From Antedon mediterranea (Eukaryota > Animalia > Echinodermata), in contig NC_092672.1 of the NCBI RefSeq assembly GCF_964355755.1, positions 14,632,001 to 14,696,000 of the forward strand: 64,000 nt of DNA, given 5' to 3'. Each line of letters begins with the position of its first letter. The first letter of the stretch is position 1. The notes below the pieces were generated by a model. That model was not told where the DNA came from. It worked only from the letters and a program-made list of their open reading frames with translations, and searched no databases. The position numbers and the translations under genes are program-made. Shown in pieces: positions 37,951 through 50,800 of this stretch.

Positions 37951-38639
37951 CTTTATTTTAACACGGAAAAGCTTGTGTCACCATAAAGGTGTTCTTCTAC
38001 AAGGCCGTGATCAACTAACAGTAATACATTACACATTTAAAAATAACAAATTTTAAAAATAACAAATTAGAGAATAAAAATATATAAACAGAAGCCTTAA
38101 TTACATTTATGCTAAGAGTACAAAATATATAATAAATTACACCAATAATTTTTTTAAAGTATTTAAATTTGTGGCATCTTACATTGGTTTTTCTAGAGTA
38201 TTTTTATTTCACTTATTTCATTTCATTTCATTTTATTGCATATCAAAATCGCAGCCAATGGCTGAATTACATGATACTTACAAATATAAAAACATTTAAA
38301 ACAGGCATAAAACAGAATATAAATTGCACGTACAAATCAAAGAACAAATAAAAGTGGAATCAAACATATTGCACAAGAAAAATACATAAAAATACAAATT
38401 AAGCTAACATTTATCTACAAATTTAAAAATTTAATTAAATAAGATAAATATGGAAATTGATAATATATTTACAAGATTATGAAATTTGATAAAATAAGAA
38501 AATTTGAAAATTATGGAGTTATTAAGTTATTTACAGTAATATTATATTTATTTGTACATATTCACATATTATGTTAAATTTATTTATACATCTTTACAAA
38601 ATGTCTTTAGTTTTACTGAGTTAAAGTCTATCTCTCATT

Positions 38640-41345
38640 AAGGAGGCGTGTAAGATCAAGCATAGGGCTATTATAGTATCGATTTGTTTTACAGGGTCTC
38701 AACAAATTCTTTTCTTTTCCTAAGACTAACAGAAAGCGCAGGATTTCTATTAAACCAATCCTTGAATTTATTAGATGTAATACAATCTGTGTTAATGTGT
38801 GTATGTGTGTATATATTTGTAACGGATGTAATATAAGGTCAAAAGAAATAAAGAAACAAATTGTGAGTACTGATTTAAGATATAATAAAAGAAACAGCTA
38901 CTTTTTAATACATTTCTTAATATAAAGTAAATTTAAATGATAAATAGTCGTACTTTTACTATAACTTGCAATAAACATAAAATGTACGTTTTTAAAGCAT
39001 ACTTTTACTCCATCGATTTTATGTACATGTATAGATATAGTGCCTTTTTAGCTGTTATATTGAATTTTATTGTTCTTTATTTTTATAAAAATGTATGTAT
39101 GTTATATAATATATATTTGTAAAAGGAATGAATAAATGTGGGTGACCCCCACGAAAGAGAGAAAAAAAAAAAAAGATGTAATACAATCTGAAGCAAATTT
39201 ACGACATGTATTTTCACGGCGTTCATCTAGTCGTTTAATATTCAAAGTGTTGTAGTCTTGGTAATCTTTACCCAAAATTATCTTGCATGCACGTTTTTGC
39301 ATGGACTCTATGGCATTTGTCTGCGCAACATTAAGACTAGAGTGCCATACTGGTATTGCATACTCGAAAATTGGTCTAACATTATGTGGTGTAAACTTGG
39401 GCAAGGTCTTCAAAAGGAATACCAAACTGTTTTAAAAGGCTAAGCATGTAGACGTCTTCCTCCATTACTAAGGATATGGTCAACCTGGACATCAAATTTT
39501 AAATAATCCTGGATGAAAACACCGAGTATTTTTGCATAGTTAACTGTTTCTAATTCACAGCCATTTGTTGATAGGTGTCATATAGGTTGGCGACTTCATG
39601 AAACAAAATTTAAGTTGTTTGTATTTTGATGGGTTCAATTGAAATTTGTTCATGGTTGCCCATTCGAGCAAATCATCAACATCATGTTGTAGAGTAGACG
39701 TGGCATTAGAGTTAACTACCTCGCCCAGTGAAAGATCATCAACGAACTTCCACTTTTCAAGATTGCTTCTTTAACAGCATCGTTGATGGCGGCACGGAAC
39801 ACAATTTCTCCAAGCTTAGTACCTTGTGGCACACCACAGGATAAGGTTTCCCAGTCTGACAAAGTCGATTGGTACTTGACTCTTTGGCGCCTTCCAGAGA
39901 AAAAGTTACATATCCAATCGAAAATCCAGGATTTGGCACCAAGTGCAATGAGATTACTTGCTGCAACTGTATGGTCAACGCCATCAATGCTTTAGTGAAA
40001 TCTGTTACCAAGCGTCCTGTTTTGTGTGGCTTGTCAGTTACTTTAAAGAAGGTTGAGCATGTCAATCAGATAATGGGATGTAGAGCATCCTTTCATACAC
40101 CCATACTGGCTAGTGTCCATATTCGGTCCAATATCGTTTAACAAGAGGTTGTATACAATTCCTTCAGCTACTTTGGCAAATTGTGAAGTCAACGAAACTG
40201 GTCTTAGTTTATCGGGTACTCTTTTGGAATAGGACACACTATGGCGTCTTTTTCCATTGCCGAGGTACACAAGATTGCTTAAAGGAAGCATTTACAATGT
40301 TTGTTAATGGGGGAAACTCAATTCACATGCAAACATTTTGATAATCTTGTTGGGCACATTATCAGGTCCAGCAGATTTTGAAACTTTTAGGTGGTAGAAC
40401 ATTTCCTATTATTCCTCCAGTTGGGGTGGATTTTCAGCTGGTAAGAAACTTGGAAGACTTTGACGCACCAAAGGTTTCTTACTTTGCGAGAACTTGGAGA
40501 AAAAAACATTGATATCTTGAGCTATAGCAAGATCATTGTTAGGGGCAATGTTGGGTATTTGAATAATTGGTGGGTTTTTAGTTTATTTGCCATAAGCTGG
40601 ATATCGTGATGCCATTTCACTGGGTTAGTTGATTTGAGGCTTTTAAGTCTTTCGTTATAGAAGTTAGACTTTGCACGTTTAATTTCGATAGAGTTTCCAT
40701 TGATTAGACTTTCCCTCATTAGAAAAACATTTTTGTCGTTTTAAAATAAGGTCTTTCACCACCCTATTCATTCAGGGCTTGTCGCTTGAGTGAAGTCTAA
40801 ATGATTTCAATGGAAAAAACTTGTTGATTTTTACATCTAAGATACATTTACTTTCTCTTGGAGACTAGACATGTTAACAACTTCGGTCCATGGGTAGTGG
40901 GTAATCCATTCACCAAATTGCTAGATTGCATGGGAAGGCATCAAACGTTGCTCTTTTTCAAGGTTCTATGTATCTTGTGTTGGTAACATTTAGGCAACCA
41001 AACAACATAATATTGTGGTCGCTCAGACCAATTGGTGATTGTATCACAGGATTATTGTAGTATTTACTTAGGTTGGTTATTATTAAGTTCAAAATGGCAT
41101 CATTCCTGGTTGGTTTATTTATAACTTGTTTGAGAGCGTGTGTCTTACAGATGGTATTAATTTTAGATCGGTTAAAGTCTCCTAGTATAATATAACCAGC
41201 ATTAGGGTATTTCTGTTTTAACTTATCGACAGATTCTGTAAGGTAGTTCATAATCTCATCCTTAGGACCATCAGGTGGATACACTCCACAAACAACAATG
41301 CCAGATATATCTCGGGGTATTCTGTTTGGGTTTATTCTTCCTTGG
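38640..41345 (-). mobile_element. Degraded LINE ORF2 (APE endonuclease plus RT)
   Basis: ILGDFN, NKPTR, SDHN (APE); [31 protein letters not shown] (RT); multiple frameshifts. Confidence 0.93.
38790..39174 (+). mobile_element. Poly(A)-tailed retro-insertion with ~16-bp TSD nested in the LINE
   Basis: gatgtaatacaatctg at 38774-38789 and 39175-39190; AATAAA near 39131 and an A-run before the right TSD. Confidence 0.85.
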
Positions 41346-41745
41346 CTCTGCTTAGCCTTTGATTAGACAGAAAGCTAATGTTTAAAACACGGAGCACGGT
41401 TTACTGCTTCTAGGCCTAGTAATTATAATGTTTAATAATAGGCCTATATATATATACTGAATCTTTTATATAAATTACCGTCCCTTTCGTTTATCGTCCC
41501 GGATGCTGTCAATAAATAAATGCATATTATGTAAATAAAAACCCGTATAATATTATTAGGCCTACCGGTAATGGTGAAAAAGTCGAATTGTATTTGGTAA
41601 ATAAATGGTCGGGGGAAAACAGAAAATGCAAGAAACGCCGCGGCGTTCCATAGTAGTTCCACACAAAAACACAATTACACAACAATAGATAGCTGGCCTC
41701 TCTCGCTACGTTGTTTTGTTGAGGTGAAGAGGAAGCAGTGTGATT

Positions 41746-41885
41746 ATGTTTCGTTTGTTGTATGAATTTTGTGTAGTTTCTTCTGTTTTGATTGCATATG
41801 TGGTACACTCGCAATGTGTTTTTGATTCAGATGGTGAAAACCGCCTTAAAAGTACATTAAGCGATCTACAAGTCTACACTAAAGA
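41746..41885 (+). CDS. M6PR: M6PR exon 1 ([24 protein letters not shown]...; signal peptide)
   Basis: ATG, hydrophobic leader, first MRH Cys, GTGAGT donor, phase 2 matches the next exon. Confidence 0.85.
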
Positions 41886-44800
41886 GTGAGTCTGTACTAG
41901 CCTAGGCTAGGCCTAGGCCTAGCTAGACCCAGAGCCTAGGCCTACACTTACTAGCCTATAGGCCTAGCTAGGGCCAGGCCTAGGCCTACAATTTTTCGTA
42001 GGCAGCTACCCCTTAAAAAATGGTTATCAGACAATCGGGACCACGGACAATCAATCCCAAATCGTGAGAAGATCGGGCCCATCAAGGGTGAAAGACGATC
42101 GGGACCAGAGACGATCGGGGCCAAAAATTAAACCAAAAAAAATTATGCGATTTAAAGGGGGATTCTGGGTTTAAAATTGCTTTTAAATATCGTTTATTTA
42201 TTAAATAAAAAATATTATAACAATATAGACATGTCAGAATGAAGAAGTAATAACGAGAAATTAAAAAAATTAAATTTCATATACATTTTAGGGTAAATTC
42301 ATGGAAAATCTGTTTTTCAGCAGCTTAGGGAAGCTCATTAATATTCATGAGATATTCACAAAATCACGTCATCAGTGGATTCCAAACTCGCAACGTCAAG
42401 CTTGTACGTTGTGTTCTCTCTCCTCTGTCAAACGACGACCACCCGATCATTGTGAAATACATTTTTTGTAGATTTGCTAAGCTAGGCCTAAAGTGTAATA
42501 ATAACAGTAGTAGCATATATTTATTTGACATTTAATGAAATACAAAATTTAGTACAGATTACGGAGTCATAAATTATACTATTTTATACCTCGAATTAAT
42601 AATAATAGTACAGATTGTATATCGGCTTCACGTACTAGGCTAGGCCTAGCCTAAATCATTTTATTCATGCCGGGGTGAGAGCCATTTCTGACTAGGGATT
42701 CCATGCCACGATGGCTACGTTAAAACATTGGGGCCATCTTTCATGGGCCTAGCTAGCCTATTACTAAACGATTGGCCCATAAATAACAAAACTCAGTGGA
42801 TTCCAAACCCATCCTATCAACCAAACTCCTAAACAATCTAAACCTAAAACGTTCTACAAAAATCGGCTGTAAATATTGAGGCAAAACAAGGTCCGATCGC
42901 CGTCCGCACGTATGGTGTCCCGATCGTCACCAAAAAATCGGATATTGCATCAAGCAAGTAGACCGGTAGTAGGAAGGAGACCTAGCCTAGCCTAGCCGAT
43001 CCGGCCCAGTTAAAAATTGAGCTAGCTAGTGTAGTAGACCCTATGCGAATTGATACTACCAGGCCTTTTACTTAGGCTACACTTGTAAAAATTAGCAATA
43101 CTGTACTTATTTTTACAAATATTCCAACTCTCTCATTCGAGCTATATTATCTATACCATTCCGGTAGGTTGAGTCGACCTTCAATCAAATACTGTACATC
43201 GTTCATGTTGTGATTATAGACGGGGTATACTCGACCCGACCAGTTTGGTATTGTATACTGTATCTGCTTATCACGTGACGATGCCAGGCATGGGCAGAGA
43301 GAGCACGTGTATCGTCGTCTCGCTCTCCTCGCTCAGGAATGTATACGTTACGCTTCATTGATTTTGAAGGCTTTCCCCTAAGTCAGTGCGAAAATCGGCA
43401 AACGTAAAGTGCAAACTTATCTAATTTTTCACTGTTTTGATGGATTTTCATAGAAAATTGACTTTATAAATAGGAAGACCGACTAAAATTACATCAGATA
43501 AGTATAATTTTACAAAAGTAATTGATATGGTTAATGATAACGAGTCGTCGGAAGATTGACCATTTCACAAATTTCCTATTCTGTAACCACAGTGTGATTT
43601 TGCCGTAGCTGCACTTGTAATCTGGCCTCATTTCACAGCCTTCGTTCTGCTTCACTGGGCGCTTATATAAATTGAAACTTTTACCGTTCAAGAGACAAAC
43701 AAATATATTTTACATTTTTTACTATTCATTTTAAACCCGGAACCCCCCTTTAAAGTCAGAAAAATATGAAAATATGTATTAACTATTACTATAATACTGA
43801 ATCAGGTTTCACGCATGTGCTATTAATTTTGTCGCGAGAGAAAAGTCAAGTTATATCACACTGGTCCTGGATTAATACTATAAATAACTACGCCGTGGCT
43901 AAAGATACGGTACCGTATTCTAACTTCTGTTTACTAAAGGTACGGTAAAATTGCATTACGTCATAACCAACCAATGGGGTGCTGGTACGTGTGTGACGTC
44001 ATCGTATAAGGACTTGAGATTTTTTTTCATATCGCGTCTCTGTTGTTTTGTGTAGAGAATTCCTATCGGCGGCGCCAGGCTGCGTGGGGGTGTGTGCGCT
44101 GCAGATGAGGGTTTTATTTTTATTCCAAATGGCCTATTTAGGCCTATTCTATATTTTTTATTAAACTTTGTTTACAATGGTGACCATAAACAACAAGCAA
44201 ATGCGGACAATAAAGGGGCCCTCAAATACTATGATTTAGACAGTAGCCCCAGGGCTAACGAGTCACAGAAATCAGCGCACACATGCAGCTGGCCCCAGCC
44301 TGGCATCGCTTTCCCTACACAAACAAACTCATATAATGAGGTTATAGTAGGCGTAGTAAGTAGGCATAGCCTAGGCCTCTTTTGAAACGGTTTTCTGTAT
44401 TCTAGAATTAAAATCAACATGTTTTGGCTTTTCAATAATAATAACAGACGTAGGCTACATTTAGTTTTTGTCACACACGACGGCGATAATAGCGATAAAT
44501 AAAGCATAAAGAAAATGCGGTTGATCACTGTTTTCGCGATATAATAAAAAATCCACAAAGTCCTTATACGATGACGTCACACGTCCCAGCACCCCATTGG
44601 CTGGTTATGACGTAATGCAATTTTACCGTACCTTTAGTAAACAGAAGTTAGAATACGGTACCGTATCTTTAGCCACGGCGAAATAACTAATAGAGCAAAA
44701 ATTAAATACGCACAGGAATACATACAACCAGGGAGGTTTTAATAACAAATCCCTGATACAATGCAATAATAACAAATCAAAATCGATCACATTTATTTAT

Positions 44801-47800
44801 AAATCGAGAGTATTTGGTAAGAAACCAGTAGGGGAAAATTATGATAAAATCAGAAAAATCTAATTAACCTTTTAAATCTTAATTTACGCAAGAGAAGCAC
44901 GTCGACACTAAGCACTAGGAATGAAATGTGGCACATTATTTTATATAACACAAAAGGCTATCCGGCCCAACAACGCTAACACATGATCGGGCCCAACACT
45001 AAGACGATCGGAACCAACATGGTTCTGAAAATACTGGACGATCGGGACCAACTGGTAAGACGATTGGGACATACACATAAGACGATCGTGACCGCAAAAT
45101 TTGGGCCATGGTCCCGATCGTCTGTTCCCACTTAAAATTACTCAGAATCTTCATCCAACCTAGCCTAGTAGGCCTACTCACGAGTTGTCTACAACATCCT
45201 GCAAGCATAAAATTGTAAAAAAAAAATTTGTAATCAATTAATATTATTAACAATATTTATAACACCTTTCAGAAATACATCTCCAGCTTAGCTTTGCGAA
45301 AATCTATAGTAGGGGTGTCACGACAAATATGGTCCGAGGCCAAAATCAGTCCGCCACTGCCAAAATCCAACTCCAACACAAAGTATAGTCCCCCAAATAA
45401 AAAGTCGCCCCATCGCAGTTACACCTAAATGTTAAATAGTTTAAAATTCAAGTGTTATGCATGATTTGCGTAATGATATTCTTGATTTGAACACAGAATA
45501 GCAAGGAACGTGTAGGCATAAAAGGGGAAGCCCCGCTGTGTAGTCTCAGGTCGCACTACCTCGGCAACACTCTCACGAGAGGGAGCCCCACCGTAATTAG
45601 ATACATGCCAACACTCCTGTTTCGGCCGGAAGACTCCCGTATTTTAGACTCCCGGACTAATATTCTGCTCCCGTTTTTTCCACATGTTCTCTTGGAATAC
45701 AAAGATAACTGAATTTTGATGTATGTGTTGTTTTCTCCATTAAAATACAACAAAAAGGCTTATACACACAAACAAATTTACAATATTTAGGCCATATTTA
45801 GACAATCTATGGTCAAAACATATAAAATTTGTTTATGAACCCAAAGATTCCCGTCACATATACCACGCGATGCCGCTGATGACGTCACACACTGCACTTC
45901 TTACATCTTTAAAATAGGTAGCGGGCACTCTTAACCTAAACAAAACATCACCTCCCATTTTTTAACTTCAGATGTTGGCATGTATGGGAATGGTGAATCG
46001 TGACAAATTCAGTACGTGAAAATGATGGCATATACAGTACATTGTTATTGTCAAACAAAATGTATTTTAATAAGTTTAATTTTGTTTTTAAATTTGTTCT
46101 TTCTAGGAATCCTATTGTTGTATCAGATAAAAACTACACCTATACCATAGGCATTTGCACATCCCCTGTGAAGGATAAACCATATCATGGTGTCATTCAA
46201 AAAGATAAGAGTCATGAGTATAATTTAGGCTTTATCAATGAAAGTCACATTCAAGCGGGAAGTAAGTCAATATAATATTTGATAATTAGTATGGCAACTA
46301 TTAACATTTGACATTCTTATTTTATATTGATTTGGCGAAATATAATGTATTGTTTTGTACAGAAATTAAAACATTAAAATTTAATTTCTACTGAGCGAAA
46401 AGCTAGGCCCTAATCAGCTGGAGCCTCATCAATGATCGTGTCTCTCATTGGAAGGAAATTCCTTATCAACCATGGTCATTGTGGATAAAATCACTAAATA
46501 GTACAGTAGTTACAACATTTATTTTATTCAACTTATACTTGCTAAGTGAATCCTTTGGCCATTTATACCACGTTCTCATGTCTTGATACAAACTTTATTT
46601 TAGGGTCAAGCATAATTACATATTGTTAGCTTTTTCTATGTTATGTTTGTCTTTGTATTTTTGAGTGAACCGAATAAAACTGAACTGAACATAGATCAAT
46701 AAATAGATTAGTAAACTTAACTGCAGCATGGAAAAAATAAGTAAATAAATCAAATTATGTCCTGGTTGAGTTGTCTGAATTGGGATCGATTTTAAGCCAG
46801 GTGCGAGTCGATCCACGTTGTGTCACACTGCAAAAACATCGAGTCGAACCAAGCTTGAAGCTATATTGTGATCGTAGCCAAAAACATAAGTTGGTCCATT
46901 AATTATGGAGGTTTTCACAATTTGAGAACATAAAGCATTGACCACTGTGAACAGTAGAAACATTTATTTAGTTACATTCCTAATTTTGTATACTCTAACC
47001 ATGAGGCTGATTCACTGCGCTGAATCGAAAGAATGGTACATTAATTATGGGAGTGTTCAATATTTAAGAACCTACAGTATTAAAGATGTGCTTCAATCAA
47101 TTGTTTTCTGTAGTGTCAGAAGATACTTGGAAATCTCCCATTTACATGATGTAACAGCATTTCCCCTAGAAAAATAATACAAATTCTTTAATTAAGAAAA
47201 GTATATTGTTTGAAGGTTTGCATGGTAAAATTTAATGTTGATATAAAAAGTGGAGAAAAAGTCTACATATTAACACTGGAAAGGTGTCTGACATTATCAA
47301 TTGTTTATTAAGCATGTTTTCCTGTCGATCGTTAAGTTGCGTTGAGTTTAAAATCGTTAAAGTTGAAAATAAAATAACGATGATTGAGCCGGACCGCTAA
47401 TATTTACACATTTTTACGCGATCATTCATAGTTTCTTGGTTCTCTCGAGCGTTGCTGGGACAAGCGGACGTGAAGTATTACAAAACCAAGGCCGGCCAAG
47501 CGCAGCCTGGCCCGCGTGAAAGTTGAAAAAGTTACTTGTTTTGATAATTCAACCCAGCCTAGGACATGCTTTCGTTGATATCTTAATCTAGGCTTACACT
47601 AAAGACAAACAATACATTTAATTGGTTTAATATTATAATTTAATTTGACTTGCATTTGTAGTTTTGAAATATCAGACCTTAACAGTGTACAAAAAAGGTG
47701 AAAAACATCTTCGTGTTGTAAAAAGAATTGTCAGCGAGTACCTATGTTTTCACAAACTGCAATGACGTAATTTGATTGGTCAGTTTTAAAGTTGAACCAA

Positions 47801-50800
47801 ATTCAACTTTAACAATTGCAGATTTTTACTCCATTTTCCTGCTAAACGGTAACAATTTTAAACTCAACGCAACTTAACGTAACTCAACGATCGACAGGAA
47901 AACAAGCTTTACTGAACATAGGCAGGTGGTAAGTGGGCTTATTAGGTAATTTGGTATTGGATATCCCAGATGATGTACGATCGATTAATAGTAGACAGAA
48001 GTAGAAAGAAGACAAATTATTATTTATTCGGCCCACCTGATAATAATATTATTATTATTAATAATGTAGGATTATTGATGGAAAAGAGTATACATAACTG
48101 CATTTTAACTCAACAATTTTTTTTTTTTTTATAGCTGACTGGATATTTCTTAGGTATAAAGGAGGAGATAAGTATAACAGTCACTGCAATAAAGAGCATA
48201 GAGAGGCTCATATTATGATTATTTGTGATGAAAATCATATTCTGGTAGGTGTAAACATGTATTTCTAAAATACACAAAAGGCTATAATAATAATGTACAA
48301 GTGATTAAAGTACAGGGATAATCATGAATTACTGAAGTAAAAAGTTTGATAGAAATCAAAAAGTTTGGTAGAAATACAGAATAAAAGCTATGTTAATCAG
48401 GGATGAGATTCTTCCGCTGATCTTTTTAAATATAAATGAGATTTTTTTCGAGCAAACAATTACGATTGTTGGTGGCGCTATTTACAGTATATTAACACTG
48501 CGATCATTTTGTTTTTCGTAGATATTCAGTAACCGCGCACTGTTAAAATATTATATGAAACTGGCCGTGAGGTTAATCTTAAAAAATGCCTATTTCTTGT
48601 CAGTGAGTGAGTGACGTCCGTGAAGTCAATGCCTAGTTTTAGGTGCGAAATTTCAGTAGCGCCAGCCGCATCCTGGCCCCCAGCCTATGTGGTTGGTATT
48701 TTCTCAGTCTCATCCCTGGTTAATAATGTAGTAATTACAGTTCACATAATAATTGTTTAATGATGATTGAATCATTTTTTTTTTCATCATTTATTTATTC
48801 AACTTCTCACTAACACTGTTAGTGAAGGATCGGGACCAACAGGTGGTAAACACTTCTAAAACGGTCCAGTCCCAATTGCACAGTGGCTGTGTGTGACAGT
48901 GGCTGTGTTTGTGTGGACTACACACCTACTCGTCTCGAAAGATATACTAGGTTTTTTAAAGTGCACATGAGCTATGTGTACATTGGACCTACGGTTTATA
49001 GTCCTTATCCGAGAAAACTCGTTCTACCACCAGAACCATAGAGAGAGTGAGCCTCGAACCCTTGCCAATGTTATGGCTATGTAATTACAGTTCCACTGTC
49101 TTAACCACTTGGCCATTCACTCACTCACTCATTTTACAGGGGAGCTCATCAATGTTGCAAGAAAACAGTAATCGAACAGAAGATTGTTATTATTTATTTG
49201 AGATTACTAGTAGTGTTGCTTGCTCAAATATCAACTCGGGATTAAGTACTGGAACAATTCTTATCATTTTGTAAGTATTTAACTTTCAATAACATTATAT
49301 TTTTGGGAAAGCCCAAGCCCGTAGCCAGGATTTTTACAGTTTACAGGGAGGTTCTTTTTTCCCAAAAAAAGGGCTCTTCCCCCTCCATTATGAGGATTAC
49401 CCTCACGTGTTCTCTCCCCCCTCCCCTTGTTGAATCCAGAAATGTGAAACCAACCACAAATGTGAAAACGCATCACCCAAAAAAATGTAAAAACAAACAC
49501 AAATGTGAAAACACATTACCTACAAATGTGAAAACAGGTCCCACAAACAGGTCCCACAAATGTGAAAACACATCACCTACAAATGTGAAAACAGGTCCCA
49601 CAAATATGGAAACAGGTCCCACAAATGTGTAAACCGGTCCCACAAATGTGATAACGCCCACAAATGAAAAAAAATTGAAATTGTGATACATAAGCTTTAT
49701 GAGTTAATGTTAATGTAGGTCTATTATATTGAGTTGCTTCAATATTTGTGGGTGCACGATACATGTCGGATTACTATTAAGTCGTTGTTTGCAATTAGCT
49801 GCGTACGTATGAAAAATTTGAAAATCGGAAATTAGTGATATACTTTGAAAATATCCGGCTATGTTTGGTAGAAAATAGGCTGCGATACTGTACACTGCAC
49901 CACAGCAAACTAGTAAAAATTGCTTTCAGACATGACCGCACCCTAGACACGCTTGCATGTTTCGCTTTCGGGAATTTTCCTTTTAAATCGTGTGTAAAAA
50001 AACTGAGATTGATGGTCACAGAATAAACGTAGCAAGAAGGATCAAGTAATTAAGCAGGGAGTTGTTAATTACTCTCTATGTAAGCAGGCTTAGAATAACC
50101 ATACTAATCATTTTTTGGTATGGCCCTTTTTATCTAATCTATTTAATATCATTGTTGGAGAAGTTGGAGCCAGGAGAAAAACGTGGGAATAAATCAAGCA
50201 AATTGTCGATCTTCTCTCCACACACAAATCATCAACCCTCCACACGGCCGCACCACGCGTGGCGAACGTCCCCAGGAAAGCAACGCATGTGTAGTGTAAC
50301 TAAAATGAACAACGTTTGCATTATTGAAACAAAAAATGTTATGGTATATTTTAAATAGACTACAGTACATCATTTTGCTGTTTGCGCGCTTAATAGAGTG
50401 TCATTTCTGGCGAACTAGTGGTGCCATTTACATGAATTTCACGCAGGGTGCAAGAGTACCATTTCCGGCCATCTAGGGGTGTTTCGCCGCAGCCCCATGA
50501 TGGTGGACCTGTGGCTCAAATACTCAATCCCGGAAGTGTCCTTTTCTTGTGAGACCTCCACCCTCCCCCTCTCGAAAAATGTCTGGATCTTCCCCTGTTT
50601 TGTTAGCAAACAATCCTTGTGATTGATTTTTGTCTACTTTACAGAGATCCCAAGATGAAAAAGCAAAATTTTGGGTAAGCAATAGAGGGCGTGCTATAAT
50701 AATTTAAAAATTATATAGATGACGCTATATAAGCTAATACTAGCTGGTACAACAAAACTTGTATCATCTGGGATATCCATACCAAATTGACTAGGCCTAC

